From the IMG/VR virus record IMGVR_UViG_3300021400_000252: a stretch of 64,000 bases of DNA; one strand, 5' to 3'. Both the position numbers and the translations under genes were made by a program. The notes under the pieces were generated by a model. It worked only from the letters and a program-made list of their open reading frames with translations. It made no database searches and was not told where the DNA came from. Origin of the DNA: a virus (Duplodnaviria; Caudoviricetes). Positions 34,699 to 48,489 of the stretch are shown piece after piece; positions within the stretch are counted from its first letter, which is position 1; each line of letters starts with the position of its first letter.

Positions 34699-37047
34699 AT
34701 GCCTGAAAAGAATTTAACTTCATTAAAACCATTATCTGTTGATAATGATATAAAAGAACAACTTAAACAAATTCATAAACAAATTAAGCAAGTTAGACTT
34801 GAGTCAAAACAATATGTTGAAGACGATTTACTTAAGTCTAAATCTTATTGGGAAGCTCAACTTGACTTCTTAAAGAAATATGAGCTATATAAAAAAGAAG
34901 CACGTGAAAGAGAATATACTGAAGACGTGCGTATACAAGATAAACTATTAGAATTTAGAAAAAGTAATGATGAAAAAGCTCTTAGATCAGAAACAACTGC
35001 TCTTGAACGTTTATATAAACAAAAGAAAATTTGATCAAAAGCTGATTTTGATGACCGAATAGCTGCTATCAATGCTGAATTCGATGAAAAGATTAAAAAG
35101 CTAGAACTTTACGACGGACTCAGTGCAGCAATGATGGAAGAGCGTAAACAGAAAGCCATTGAAGATGCAGAAGAGCAATATAAAAAAGGTCTTGAATTAG
35201 CTAAAAAAGAAATTGAAGAACAAAAGAAACGTGATAAAGAAAAAGAAAAGCGTGAAGAAGATAAGCGTAAAAAACAAAAAGCTAAAGATGCATATCAAGT
35301 ATTAAATCCTTCTTTACGACAAGGTTTATCAAATGGACTAATGTCTCTTTTTAGTAAAGACTTTAGAGAACAAAGAAGAGCCGAAAAAGAGGCTGCTAAA
35401 CAGGATTTAAGAGATGAAGGATACTCAGATAGTGATATTAGAAAAGGACGTATTACTGGTGTTCTTGATTCATTAACACATGCATTAGGTACATTTACTA
35501 AACAATTAGATTCAGCAATTACAACTACAGGTAATTTACAATCACAAATAGATACAAGATTATATGGTTCTAATTTAGAAACTAAAGGTGGTTCTATTTG
35601 GAGAAAAATAAGTTCAGATATAACAAGTGTTGCATCTGTATCACCAATTGTAAAAATGAATGACATTGTTAATAATTTAAAAACAATGGTTGATTCTGGT
35701 ATTGTTTATAATGTTGAACAACGTGCATTCTTAGCTACAATTAAAGATAAAATTGCTACAACATTCGATGCTAATGATGCATCACTAAAGAAATTAATTC
35801 GTATCCAACAACAAGATACTACAGCTGGTAGACTTGGTATGGAAGCTGCATTAAATTCATTCTTAAATAATATGTATCAAACTACAGAATATTTAAAGGA
35901 TTTAGCTACTCAAGTTAGAGGTGATTTATTCGAAGCTGAAGCATTATCTGATGCAAAGACTGGAACTGAACTAGAATATACAGTTCAAAAATGGTTAGGT
36001 TCTATGTATTCAGTTGGTGCTAATAACGTTCAAAATATCTCAAAAGCATTAGGACAAATCTTATCTGGTGATGTAAATGGTATTACTAGTGGTGGAGCTG
36101 GTAATCTATTAATTATGGCTGCCAATAGAGCTGGTGTTTCAGTTTCTGATATGTTATCTAGTGGTTTAAATAGTGATCAAACAAGTAATTTATTAGAAGA
36201 AGTTGTTAATTACTTAGGTGATATTTATGATCAAGCTAAGAATAGTAGAGTTGTTCAACAACAATTAGCTCAATTATATGGTTTAACTGCTTCAGACTTA
36301 AAAGCTATTGCTGGATTAGCTCAAGATCAAAAAGCAAAAAAAGCAATTTCTAACCAATTGAGTTATGATGGAATGGTTAATAACTTAATGAATATGGCAA
36401 ACTCAATCACTAAGAGAATGTCTACTGGTGAAATGATGGATAATGTTTGGGAAAACTTTAAATATTCACTTGGTGCTAGTATTGGAGCAAACCCAGTAAC
36501 ATATGCTATCTATAAAGCTGGTGGATTATTAGATGATGTCGTTGGTGGTATAGCTTTACCGGATATTAAATTTATGGGTACAGGTGTTAACTTACAAACC
36601 ACTGTTGCTGACTTAATGAGAGTTGCTGCATTAAGTGGTGGTGTTATGACTGGTATTGGTAGTATGTTAAGTGGTTTAGGTTCTGGTGGTAATGGAGCTT
36701 CAATGTTAAAGAAGTTAAATATAGGTGCAAACTTAACTACAGTTCAACGTGGTTCTGGTAATTTAGGAATTGGTGAACGTGGTGCTTCAACATCTTCATC
36801 AGGTTATGTTGGTAATGCTAGTGGATCTGATGTAAAGAATAAAGTTATGTCTGATGCTAGTGAAGAGCAAGAAAATACTTTAGCAACTGTTAAAGAGGAA
36901 AATACTGAAGTAACTATTGAAGACGTAAATGAAAATGTAGTATTAATTTATAAATTACTAGAAGATGTTACAACCGGAGCATTAACATTTAAAGTTGAAG
37001 ACCAAGGCTCAACAACTAGTAACTGGATAAGAGATACACTTCATTAG
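34699..37047 (+). CDS. Putative tape measure protein (782 aa; TGA=Trp at 35032)
   Basis: Coiled-coil then A/G/S/L-rich helical sequence; ORFs 34687 and 35131 in frame; gene order. Confidence 0.72.
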
Positions 37048-37061
37048 AATAGGAGATAAAA

Positions 37062-38525
37062 ATGTTTACTTTTGATAATACTCATATTTTTACAGGTTAT
37101 TTAAAACAATATTTATCTTCATTTAACCTTCCAAAATATCGAGTTTACACAGCAGAAAATGAAAAATATCATAGAGAACATATCTCTGAACGTAAAAATG
37201 AAAAAGATATTTTTAAAACAGTATTTAAAAATACAAATAATGAAACATATCACAAAGACACAAAATATATTGAATATATCAAAGATGGATTTATTCAGTA
37301 TTGTGTAGAAGAAAATGGAAGTTATAAGTGGATTAAATATGATAATAGACCATATGTATATAATAGATTAGACTTAAATCATACTAAGAGATTAGTATTA
37401 AGTTCAAATGTTTATGATACATATACTCATGAATACTTAGGAGATTTCTTAAGATTTCAAAGAGATTATAATCATGTAGACTTAATGCCATTATATAATT
37501 GTTTTAATAATAAAATTGTTAATCACTTAAATCTTGAATTTGATAAAACTTATTTTGAAACAGAAAACTTTGTTTCATCAGATGCAATTTCAAATAATCC
37601 AACAGTATATAATGTGTCATTTAAATCTTCTGATACTAACTATAAAATATATATGCTTCCAGTTAAGTTATTTCATGAATATACTATAGCTATAGATAGT
37701 CCAAATGTAATTGAAATGTGTTGTGGATTCTTTGGAGAATATTTAGATGAAAGAGAAAAGTTTAAACCTTTCTCTCAAGCTACTTATGTTAAGTATAAAT
37801 CAATGAATTTTAACCAACCAGTAATATTTGATAAATTATTAAGTGAAAATTTAAGTAAAGAAATTAAACGATTAACTAATAATGGTGATTATATAAATAC
37901 AGAATTAGCATTAATGGAAAAAGATTTAAAATTATTTATAAAAGTTCCACATGATTTAAATTCAACAATCACAATTCTAGAAGGAAATTATATTGGATGG
38001 AATGATTCATTCTATTCAAAGCGTGATAATAAAGATTTTAAATTTATTCAAAATAAATTCGTTACTAATTATCAAAATTATTCCGATGATCAGAAATTTG
38101 TACCAATTACAAGACTACAATTATTGAGTTTAAATACTAAAGTTAGTTATCCATTTGCAGATAAATTGTTAGAATATTTAGCTGGAAATGTAATTACAAA
38201 TTTAGATACTATTGAAGATAATATTAAGAGAGTTGAAACTGTTTTAGCATTAAATGGTAATCCAATCCAAAGAGATTCAGATGGCAATCCATTAGGATTA
38301 TGGACAGATCGTTATAGAAGAACAGTTTATGATAAACTAACAGATGTCACATCAATTGAACACTTAGATCAAAATAAAAATAAATCAAATTTAAGTGAAA
38401 CAAACCTAGAAACATTAGGATTTGTTGATAAAGTTGCTGAGAAAAATTATACCTATTCTTATACTAATGAGGATGGTAAAACAGTCTTAACAAGTATTGC
38501 AGGTGTAGATATTTACTCAGAATAA
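37062..38525 (+). CDS. Hypothetical baseplate-region protein
   Basis: 487-aa ORF, AGGAG RBS. Confidence 0.7.
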   Translation: MFTFDNTHIFTGYLKQYLSSFNLPKYRVYTAENEKYHREHISERKNEKDIFKTVFKNTNNETYHKDTKYIEYIKDGFIQYCVEENGSYKWIKYDNRPYVYNRLDLNHTKRLVLSSNVYDTYTHEYLGDFLRFQRDYNHVDLMPLYNCFNNKIVNHLNLEFDKTYFETENFVSSDAISNNPTVYNVSFKSSDTNYKIYMLPVKLFHEYTIAIDSPNVIEMCCGFFGEYLDEREKFKPFSQATYVKYKSMNFNQPVIFDKLLSENLSKEIKRLTNNGDYINTELALMEKDLKLFIKVPHDLNSTITILEGNYIGWNDSFYSKRDNKDFKFIQNKFVTNYQNYSDDQKFVPITRLQLLSLNTKVSYPFADKLLEYLAGNVITNLDTIEDNIKRVETVLALNGNPIQRDSDGNPLGLWTDRYRRTVYDKLTDVTSIEHLDQNKNKSNLSETNLETLGFVDKVAEKNYTYSYTNEDGKTVLTSIAGVDIYSE

Positions 38526-38541
38526 AGATAGGAGATAAAAT

Positions 38542-39189
38542 ATGGGATATCAACCTTCTTATGAATACTCATCAGAAGTAATCAAAAAATATACCAAAGA
38601 AAATATATACCAAGCTCCTAAAAACTATATTTATATTTCTCACCTAGATGAGGATTATAGATATTGGAGATTACCAAATTGGCCTGATGAGTTCAATGAT
38701 AGTATGCAATCATCTTTTGCTACTACTACAGCTTTAGGTAGATCTGCTCCAGTTTACACTTATTCAAATTCAGGTCCAAGAACTATTAATATTACATTAG
38801 TAATCCACAGAGATGAATTTGATGATGTTAATATGTCTTGGAGTAATTCAAAACTCGGATATGGTGAAGATTATGTTGATAATCTAATTAGAGCATTACA
38901 ATCAATTGCTTTACCGAGATATAATGTAGATAATAAAGCAGTAGAACCACCTTTAGTTGCATTAAAAATTGGTAAATCTTTATTTATTAAAGGTATTGTA
39001 AATGGACCTGTCGGTGTTACACAAGGAAAACCAATTTTAAGAGGTGATTTATATGCAAACCTACAAGTGTCATTTTCAATAACTGAAGTAGATCCATATG
39101 ATGCTACAACAGTATTTACTAATGGTTCTTATAGAGGTGAAATGAATACATTTAGACAAGGTGCTAGAAATATTGGAATAGACGATTAA
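38542..39189 (+). CDS. Tail tube initiator-like baseplate protein
   Basis: LGRSAPVYTYSNSGPRTINITL, PPLVALKIG. Confidence 0.65.
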   Translation: MGYQPSYEYSSEVIKKYTKENIYQAPKNYIYISHLDEDYRYWRLPNWPDEFNDSMQSSFATTTALGRSAPVYTYSNSGPRTINITLVIHRDEFDDVNMSWSNSKLGYGEDYVDNLIRALQSIALPRYNVDNKAVEPPLVALKIGKSLFIKGIVNGPVGVTQGKPILRGDLYANLQVSFSITEVDPYDATTVFTNGSYRGEMNTFRQGARNIGIDD

Positions 39190-39202
39190 TTTGGAGATTT
39201 AT

Positions 39203-39529
39203 ATGGATAGATTAAAAAATAAATCTTATAAAAACTATAATTATACAAATCGATACACTACAGTACCATATTATTATGATACTAAAACTGGAAAATATGT
39301 TTATGGTATAGGAACTTCTATGGATAAATCAATTCCATACTATACTCATAAATTATCTAGTAATGATACATTAGATTACTTAGCTTTAAAATATTATGCA
39401 AATCCAACTTTATGGTGAATTATTGCTTATTTTAATGATATTATAGATCCATTTATTAAATTAACTGACTGTTATACTCAAATCAAAATTCCAAATATGG
39501 CAAGTATTAAATTTGGAGCAGATAGATAA
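39203..39529 (+). CDS. LysM-like baseplate wedge protein, gp53-like (108 aa; TGA=Trp at 39416)
   Basis: DTLDYLALKYYANPTLW-W-IIAYFNDIIDP; stop overlaps next ATG. Confidence 0.82.
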
Positions 39530-40851
39530 TGATAAACACTAAATTAAAATTTTCAGAACAAAGACGTAGTTTATTATCTGATGGTGCTAGAGTTCAAGTA
39601 CCTTGGATAAAAGTTACTATTGGTAAATATACATTTGGAGTATTTTCAAAAACAAAAGCTACAAAAAATGTAGACGGTTTTTATGAAAATTTTAATGTAA
39701 TGTATCCAAATTATATTTCAAGACTAGATATAACAAAAATTAATGGTCAAGTTAATCAATACACATTAACTATTAATTATCCTATTACAGTTAATGATGA
39801 TCCAAATTTCTTTGAAAAAGTCTTTTCGAGTGTAAGTAGTTCACGTAAAATAGTCTTTACTTATGGAGATTGTTCATTACCAACTTATGTTTATAAAGAC
39901 GAAGAAGCAATTATTACAAAAGTTACAACAAATGTATCTCTAGAAAGTTCTAAAATAACTTATGTTGTTAATGCAACTTCAACAGCAACATTAGGTCTAT
40001 CTGGCTCTATTACTAGAATTAGTGATGAAAGACCACATAAACCTAGTGATATAATTAAAGGATTATTTAGAGATAAAACAACAGGACTTCAAGATTTATT
40101 TAAAGGTATGAGCGTTGATAACTTAGATAAATTAATAGATAGTTCAGACCAAGCAGTTGTCTTACACTCTAAAGTAAATATTTCAGTATTAGATTATATT
40201 TCATATTTAGTAAGTTGTATGATTCCAGATGGCTCTGTTGTTGGAGATAGAAGTAATGCTATATACATATTAACTATTCATGATGAAACATTATATGATA
40301 GAGCTTATGAATCTTTAGGAACAGCTAATGATTTATTAAATGTAGGTCCTTATTTTAAAGTTACTAGAACAACACACTTAGGAAATCATTCAGACGCGTA
40401 TAATATTGATGTTGGATATAATACTTCAACTATTGTTTCTAACTTTTCATTACAAGATAATGAGAATTATGCATTATTCTATGATTATCAAGCTGAATTA
40501 AATCAAAATAATTATGTTAGAAGAATTAATTCAGATGGAGTATGAGAAGATGTGTATGCTCCAAGTTTAGCTTCAAAAAATGAGCATTTTGAAGTTAGAA
40601 CTGAAGATAGAACATGGTGGACAAAGATAACAAAATATCCTGTAAAAGCTTCTATAACCATTCAAGGATTATTACGTCCAGCAGTATTAATGTCTTATGT
40701 AAGATTAAATGTAATCTTTCCTGGTGGACATAAACATATTTCGTCTGGATTATATATTATAACAAGTCAAACAGATTCAATTAGTGAAAGTGGTTATAAA
40801 ACAACATTATCTTTAACTAAGATAGATGGTGATGATGATATTAAAATTTAA
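39529..40851 (+). CDS. Baseplate hub protein (440 aa; TGA=Trp at 40543)
   Basis: C-terminal ASITIQG...SGLYIITS...GYKTTLSL hub pattern joined through TGA. Confidence 0.72.
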
Positions 40852-40946
40852 CGTTTAGGAACGTTTTATTTAATTAATGATTAATTTAATTACTTAATAA
40901 ATAAACGCTATCCTGGTGACGATTTCTATTGAAAGGAACGATAATT

Positions 40947-41831
40947 ATGTTAACTCAAGCTGAAATTAAACAAGTAATAACTCGTAATAATCTAAGTGGA
41001 TCCTCTGAAGAAACAGGTGTATACTTAGTCCATATTCCATTATTCGATACAGTAACAAAAATTAATACACTTGTTTATGCTCATGCATTATACAATGATG
41101 CAGGATATGGTTCATATGAAGTCGGTGATTTAGTGTGGGTTGGTTTTGAAAAGAATGAAGCCGGTAAGCCAGTAATTCTTGGAAGGATGTATCAAGGAAG
41201 AGAGTTAGCCACACTTAAAAATAAATATAAATCTCAAGTTACTGGTAAGGATTTAGATATTAAAGAAAAAGCATCATTACCTTATGATACTTTATTTAAA
41301 GATAAAACATTTGCAAGTCTTAATACTGATGTAATTAATTTAAATGAAAAAGTTGAAAAACTGCTTCCATTAGTTGAACTTCAAAATGCTGATACAATGG
41401 ATACTGAACAAAGATACATTCGAACTAAGAATATTAAGTATAGTGCTGAAAAAACGTTTTATAATAATGTTAAATCAACTCAAGCAGAAGTTTATACATA
41501 TAACTTACTTATTCCATCTCAACAAGTATTTACTAGAATGAGCGTAGCTGCTTTATCGAGTTATTCGCCTAATTATAAATTACCAAATGGTGATTTAATC
41601 ATTCATAATATTAATGCTTACTGTTTACTTACAGAAAGTAATCAATCAAGACATTTAAATATTAGTCCATATATTTATATTCAAACTGTTGGATATGGTA
41701 AATCTAAAACTAATGATATATTTTTTGATACTATAAGATTTTGTGAAGACTTTGATATTAGTTCTCAATTTAGTATTACTTTAGATTACTTATCTTTAAA
41801 TATTGAATATTCAAACATTACAAAGAAATAA
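40947..41831 (+). CDS. Baseplate spike OB-fold protein (gp5/GpV-like)
   Basis: VGDLVWVGFE...PVILG. Confidence 0.7.
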   Translation: MLTQAEIKQVITRNNLSGSSEETGVYLVHIPLFDTVTKINTLVYAHALYNDAGYGSYEVGDLVWVGFEKNEAGKPVILGRMYQGRELATLKNKYKSQVTGKDLDIKEKASLPYDTLFKDKTFASLNTDVINLNEKVEKLLPLVELQNADTMDTEQRYIRTKNIKYSAEKTFYNNVKSTQAEVYTYNLLIPSQQVFTRMSVAALSSYSPNYKLPNGDLIIHNINAYCLLTESNQSRHLNISPYIYIQTVGYGKSKTNDIFFDTIRFCEDFDISSQFSITLDYLSLNIEYSNITKK

Positions 41832-41883
41832 TATAAAAAAAATAAAGTTATTAAATATTTAATAACTTTATTTTTACTTTTAA

Positions 41884-41894
41884 TTGCTAAATTA
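41884..41894 (+). promoter_or_regulatory. Putative late promoter TTGCTAAATTA
   Basis: Repeated motif, after hairpin terminator 41838-41875. Confidence 0.7.
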
Positions 41895-41921
41895 TATAGT
41901 TAGTTGTAAAGGAGATTAAAA

Positions 41922-42305
41922 ATGCGTTCAATTAAATTTCCAAATATGTTTAATACGAATAGTACTAATGTATGAAAGTCTTCTGAGTATAAAGAAGCAA
42001 CCGCACAAAACACAGAATTAGTTCTATTAAGTGAACGTCGTTCTTTAATCGGTGACCCATTCTGGGGTGGATTAATCGATTCATTAACTTTTGAACAAAA
42101 CTCTCAAATGACATCTGAAATTTTGGCTGATGTAATTTATGAACAAGTTTCAATTTTTATACCTCAGTTAAAAATTAGACGTGAAGATATAGTTATAAGA
42201 CGTGAATCAGGAAAAATATATGCAGATATTCATGGAATAAATCAAATAGATTATCAAAATGATCTTTACACTTTAATACTTTCAAATAATTCATTAAACG
42301 AGTAA
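41922..42305 (+). CDS. Baseplate wedge/sheath initiator, gp25-like (127 aa; TGA=Trp at 41973)
   Basis: AAGGAG RBS at ATG 41922; LLSERRSLIGDPFWG...FE. Confidence 0.78.
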
Positions 42306-42320
42306 ACAGGAGAATGAAAT

Positions 42321-45300
42321 ATGATAAATAATAAAGATATCGCTGCAATTGAATTATCACCAACTGCTAAAGATTATTATCAAATATGGAACGAATTACT
42401 AGAGACTGCAAAAAAGCTTTCTGCTAGATGGGATCCAACAACAACAAATGAATCAGATCCTGGTATCGTTTTATTAAAAGTTATTACAGCTATTGTAGAT
42501 AGACTAAATTTCCAAAATGATATTACAGCTCTTGAAGTTTTTATGCCATCTGCATCTGAATTTGAAAGTATGCAAAAATTATGTAATATGATGGGATATA
42601 ATATTAAATATTATCAATCAGCAACAACTGATGTTACGTTATATTATAGTGGACAAAAAGAATGGACAGAGTCTTCTTATTTAATTCCAATGTTTACTGC
42701 TTTTACAAATGCAGATAAAAGTATAAATTATTTTACAACTGAACCAAAATATTTAACAAAGAATTCATACGGAGTTCTATTACCTTGTATTGAAGGACAA
42801 ATAGAACAATGTGAATCAGATAATGATAATATTATTTCTATTTATCAATTAGATGATAATCATAGATATTATTTCTCTGAAACTCAAGTTGCTCAAAATG
42901 GTATCTTTGTTTTCAATATTAATGATGGAAATAAGAGTGAAAGATGGACTGAAGTAGATAATTTAAATTCTCAACAAGCAAAGAGTAAAGTATATAAATT
43001 TGGATTTGATTCTAGATTAGCAAAACCATTCATCGAATTCCCTGAAGATATTAGTTCAATAATTGAAGACGGTCTAGAAATTTATTATACTAGAACATCT
43101 GGTATTAGTGGAAATATTAGTGCTCGTGAATTAAGTGCTTTCGTAACAGTACCTTCAACATTAAGCGATGGACTTGATGGTGATTCAGCAAACTATACTA
43201 TTGTTAATGCTTCATCATCAACTAATGGAGCTAATATTGAATCAATTCCTGAAGCTTATACTAATTATAAAAAGACAATAGGTACTTTTGATACATTAAT
43301 TAATTGTAGAGATTATATGAATAAAATCTATCAATTAAAAGATGATGCAAATATTGATTTAGTTTCAAATTGTTTAGTTTCAGATATTAATAATGATATT
43401 AACCACTCTATTAAATTATGTACATATAATGATTATGGAATTTATTATAAGAACGTTCAAACTTCTGATGATTCTCCTATTGATAACTTTACATTAACAT
43501 TATATCCATTTAAGAGAGTAAATAATTTAAATACTAAATCTGAGTACTTAAATTCATTTAAATTGGATAGAAGTGTTTTAACAGATATTGAAACTAAGCT
43601 TGAAAATCTTAAGACATTAGTTCATAAATTTAGATTACCTTCTGAAGAATACGGTGACAATAAAGAACCAGAAATTGTTGCAATTAAGAATTACTTACAA
43701 TTAAAGGCTATCATTACTACTACTGAAAGAGTAAATAAAGCCGAGCAAAGCGTAATTCTAGCAAACATTAAGACTGCAATTTATGAAAACTTTAATTTAC
43801 GTAAATTAGATTTTAGTGAACAAATTCCATATGAAAGCATACTAGAAGTAATCACTAATGCAGATAAAAGAATTAAGAATGTTAACTTAGACGAACCAAC
43901 ATTATTAACAAAATTTTTATTAGCAAATAATAATGAATATAGTGTTGCTAGTACTTATTCTATAGATCAATCAAATAAAAAATTTAATAACTTAAGTGGT
44001 GAAGAACAATTAAGTAGAAAGATATATAATAAACTTGCACTTAGAAATATCTTAGCTGGAAAGCTTGAGTTATTTAATTATAATACTGAATTTAAATCAT
44101 CATTCACTGAAGCTAAATATCCAGACACTACTACTATTAGTGTTGTAACACCAAAGGCAGGAGATTTAGAAAGATATGGTGTTGTAAAAATTAATACAGC
44201 AACTCAATATGATTTAAATAGTACTGGAGATAAAAAATTAACTAATGGTGAAATAATTCAATTTAGATCTAAAAATCTAAGAACAACAATTACATATCCA
44301 GCATATGTAAATTATTATTTATCATTAAAAAATACTTCAGGATTGGATAATTCAGCAAAACCTGCATCATTTATCACTTTATATGATTGTTTAATGTATT
44401 TAGGTAAATCATCAAGTACTCCATTATCATTTAGTACAAGTCAGAGTTCATTTACTTTTACACCTACTTCTATCTCAAATGAAGTTGAATTTAATGCTTA
44501 CGATGGTAGAGAAATCTTATTTGTACAATCTACAACAGATAGTACTAAATATAACACAGGAAATGGTTGAGTAAATGACCAACGTCAAAGATTCGTAAGT
44601 GACACTACATATTATACTTTAAATGTAAAAGCTGCAGATAATTTCTACGCATTAGTTTCTTATATTAAAAAGAAAATTCTTGTTAACTCAATTTATTATG
44701 ACGGAATTTATAAATGTTTAGGTGCAAGCAAGAATTATATTCCAGGATACTTAATTGATCAAAATCAATATAAATATACTAGATTACTTTTTGCTCCAGT
44801 TAATGGTAGCTGGACTAGTTACTTTGTTCAAGATCCAACTAATGGATATGCTAAAGCAGAAAATAATTATAGCTTAGGTAAGGATGCTGTTCTAGAAGGT
44901 CTTGCAAAGAATGGTGAATATCAATTAAAAGATGGAGAATTCTTATTAATTAATTACACTAATTCAGAAACAGAAACTGACGGTACATCACAAAAAGAAA
45001 CCATAATAAATAAATATTATGGAAAAGGAACTATAATTAGACCTAATTTTAAAATGGTTGATTCAATTCAAAAGTTCAATGCTGGTAGTTCTTATACTAA
45101 AACAGATATAGATTTTAAAACTGCATTCGACGAAGCTAACGTTCAATTAACAAATACTGTTTATTCATTATTTACATTAGGTTCTGATGAACAAATTGAG
45201 ATAAGAGAATTTGCTGATATTTATTTAGATTCAAACACAGTGTACTTATATTGGAATTTAAATAATAGTTCAAATGTATTAAGACTTAAGTTTGAATCAA

Positions 45301-47159
45301 AGAAAACTGTTGGTGGTTATAATGTATATACTCACACTTATACTCTAAGTGAGAATGAATATATTTATTATTCAGATCAAAATCAATTAGACATGGCATA
45401 TTATGGAAATGGTACAAAGATTTCTATGAAACAATATGTCTCAGTTTCAACTTCTGTTGATGAATCAGAATTACGAGCTGATAGAACATTCTATATTAAA
45501 GATAAGACTGTAAATAATGAAACAATTTTAACTGAAGGATTAAGAAGTATTCCTTGGCAAAAATTTAACTTTGATTCACACTCTATTGATTCAAATAAAA
45601 CATTCATGGTTTTAACTGAATATAATTATATAAATTTAATCGAAGGTGATTATATTGTTAACTTAGAATTAGATACTGAAGATTCAGATGAGTCTGATGG
45701 CTCAGCATTAGCGAGTGAACAAAAAATTGGTAATGACTGAGTTAAAATTAAGCAAAACAGTCTAGTTAGTTATTATTCAGACGGTGTTTACAAAGAATTA
45801 CCAAAATTAGATTTTGAAGATAAAGAAAATTACTGGGAAGTCTCTTGTAAATTAGTTTTAAACTGTGGACCGGATTTAGATCAAACATTAGTAAATACTA
45901 ATGATACAATTACTTTACATTTATTAAGTAAGACTATAATTAATGATATTATTAATAGTTATAATGAGACTGGTGCGGATATTAAAGGAAGTATTGATAG
46001 CAAGATTGCAGAATATACTCAATCACCAGACCAATCAAATTATAAACCAATAGAATTAAAGAAAACTAATAATCAATATCCATTAAACTTAAAATCTAAT
46101 TATGAATTAAGAAATGCATATGGTGATATTTATACTTTAATTCAGACTACAGATTCTGATACTGGTGAAGATACATTTATTTATGACTTTAAAGTTAAAT
46201 CAACTAGTATAAATAATCTTACAACTGCTTTAAATACATCATTAAATCAATCATTACATAACGTAAGTGATAATTTAACAAGATTTTCATTCAATGAAAT
46301 CTTCAACTCAAGATTAGTTACTCAAAATCTTGATTATAAACCAAATGATGATAATGTTAATCTAAGTTTATTACTTCCAATTGAAAATGCTGGTGCAGGT
46401 ACAACTCAAACAAATTGGCAATATGGAATAGTGATGATTTATTATATTAAAAATCAAACTACTAAGACAAATGTTCAAGATGTTGCAATAACACTTTCAA
46501 CCGCTACATCTGCACCAACACCAAAGATATTTGGAAACTTTGTTAAAGATCCAGAAGATAATCTATCAAATGTAGATCCATCTAAATTTGGTTGGTGGAA
46601 CCAAGACAGTGATAGTTTAAGTGCTGATACATATTATAGTTATAATAGTGGTACTTATTATAAATTAAAACCAGGAATAAACATTTTATATATTCCATCA
46701 TCAGTTACATTAAAGATTTATCCAGATGTTTATTCTGACGATGGTGGTACTACATATAAATTAAAATGTGAAGATTCGATCATCATATCTGATTTAAGTT
46801 TAGTTAATGCAACTAGAGATAATATCTTCGGAATTAATTTAGATTTAGTTCATTATTATATTACAACTAAAGCTTCACCAAGTGATAATGAAGTTAGTGA
46901 TATTGGAAAGCAATTAATTCTTGATATTAGTAAGATAGATAAAGATAATGAATTCTTCTACAATTCTCCTATTAACAATAATAATGCAATTGATATTAAC
47001 ACAAAAGCATTAGATGTTAATGGAGATAATGAGAGTTTACAAAGTCCAAATATTTGGTACAGCAGAAACAATGTAAATAATCCATATGTAATTTCTGAAA
47101 TCGATATAAAGTCAGTTGATAGTAATATTCAAATAGCTAGATCTTCAATGAAGAATTAA
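42321..47159 (+). CDS. Large baseplate wedge protein, gp6/J-like (1612 aa; TGA=Trp at 44568, 45738)
   Basis: WDPTTTNESDPGIVLL, MMGY, GANIES...RDY; three track ORFs share one frame broken only by TGA. Confidence 0.85.
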
Positions 47160-47169
47160 GGAGACATTT

Positions 47170-47868
47170 ATGATAAAGATTCAAGATGAAACTCCAAGCA
47201 TTTATTATAACAAATCTCGAGACTTCCAATTTATTGGTAGATTATTCGAGATTATGTTAAATTATTCAAAAACAAATACAGATCTATTATATAGTTTACC
47301 TTCTAAAAATACTGACTTTGCAGATTTATTAGCTCTAACACTTGGAATCAACTTAAAACATGATTATAATACAGATCAGTTAATGGCTATTTGTAGTATA
47401 TTTCCAACAATTCTAAAAAATAAAGGAACATTTAATGCATTAAAGTTAGTCGGTGATACTATTCTTCATGCAGAAGGTATCACTGATAACTTCGATTATC
47501 AATTTGATTCAGATAATTACACATTAACAATCTTCATTCCTATAGAATTAACAGATTTAAGTTTATTTAATGATTTATTAGAATATATTTTACCGGCTGG
47601 TGTTTGTTATAATATTGTAAAAACAACAAGAGTAAAAGAAGTGATAACTCAAAAATTTGATTTAAACGAAAAAATGACTATCACAAAATTAGACCTTGAA
47701 AGAACAGCTAAATTAAGAAAAGAGTATGATAGTAAACATACTCAAATAGGTGCTCAACCTGGATATTTAATTAATACAGGAATTATTAGACCTACAAGTA
47801 CCTTAGATAAACCTAAGGAAACAACCACAGATAATATTGTTTATCAAGATGACAAGTTATCTGAATAA
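47170..47868 (+). CDS. Baseplate/tail protein I-like
   Basis: LLALTLG, KNKGT, EYILPAG. Confidence 0.68.
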   Translation: MIKIQDETPSIYYNKSRDFQFIGRLFEIMLNYSKTNTDLLYSLPSKNTDFADLLALTLGINLKHDYNTDQLMAICSIFPTILKNKGTFNALKLVGDTILHAEGITDNFDYQFDSDNYTLTIFIPIELTDLSLFNDLLEYILPAGVCYNIVKTTRVKEVITQKFDLNEKMTITKLDLERTAKLRKEYDSKHTQIGAQPGYLINTGIIRPTSTLDKPKETTTDNIVYQDDKLSE

Positions 47869-47890
47869 TATATAGAAAGTTGAGTGTAAT

Positions 47891-48478
47891 ATGACTGATA
47901 CTTATTTAGACTCATTACAATACACTGGAACAATTATTGTTAAAGAATTTAAAGGTAAAGAGTTAATAAAAATAAATAAATTTCATAATCAAGGTTGTGA
48001 TCCGTTATTTAGATTCTTTGCAAAGTGTCTTGGAGGAGATTTTGCTTCTGCAAAATTATTAAAACCAACTAAGATAAAATTATTTGATGTTATTAATAAA
48101 AATTCCGATTCGCCTGCTGGATTTGATTTTAGTACTACATCAATGAGAAATGTATCTACTGATTTTATTTATTTAGATACAAATGTATTTGTACAAGAAG
48201 ATAAAGCTACCTTTAGATTTTCAATTCCATATTCATATCTAATTGGTAGCTTCCTATCTGTTATTGGATTATATGCTGATTCAGAAACAAATGATAAAGC
48301 ACCTTGTGCTTATTATCTACTAACAAAAGAAGTTGTACAGAATTATAATAAGATATTAGAATGGGATCCAGTAGATATTCGAGATAAAAACCATAACTTT
48401 AGTTTATTAGTTGAATGAACAATGCAAGTAAGTAATCCAGAAAAAATTAAAGAGAATAATGTTGTTAGTAGTAATTAA
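47891..48478 (+). CDS. Tail-fibre attachment-like protein (195 aa; TGA=Trp at 48416)
   Basis: IGLYA...; read-through gives LLVEWTMQV and ends TAA beside next RBS. Confidence 0.62.
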
Positions 48479-48489
48479 GGAGAAAAAAC

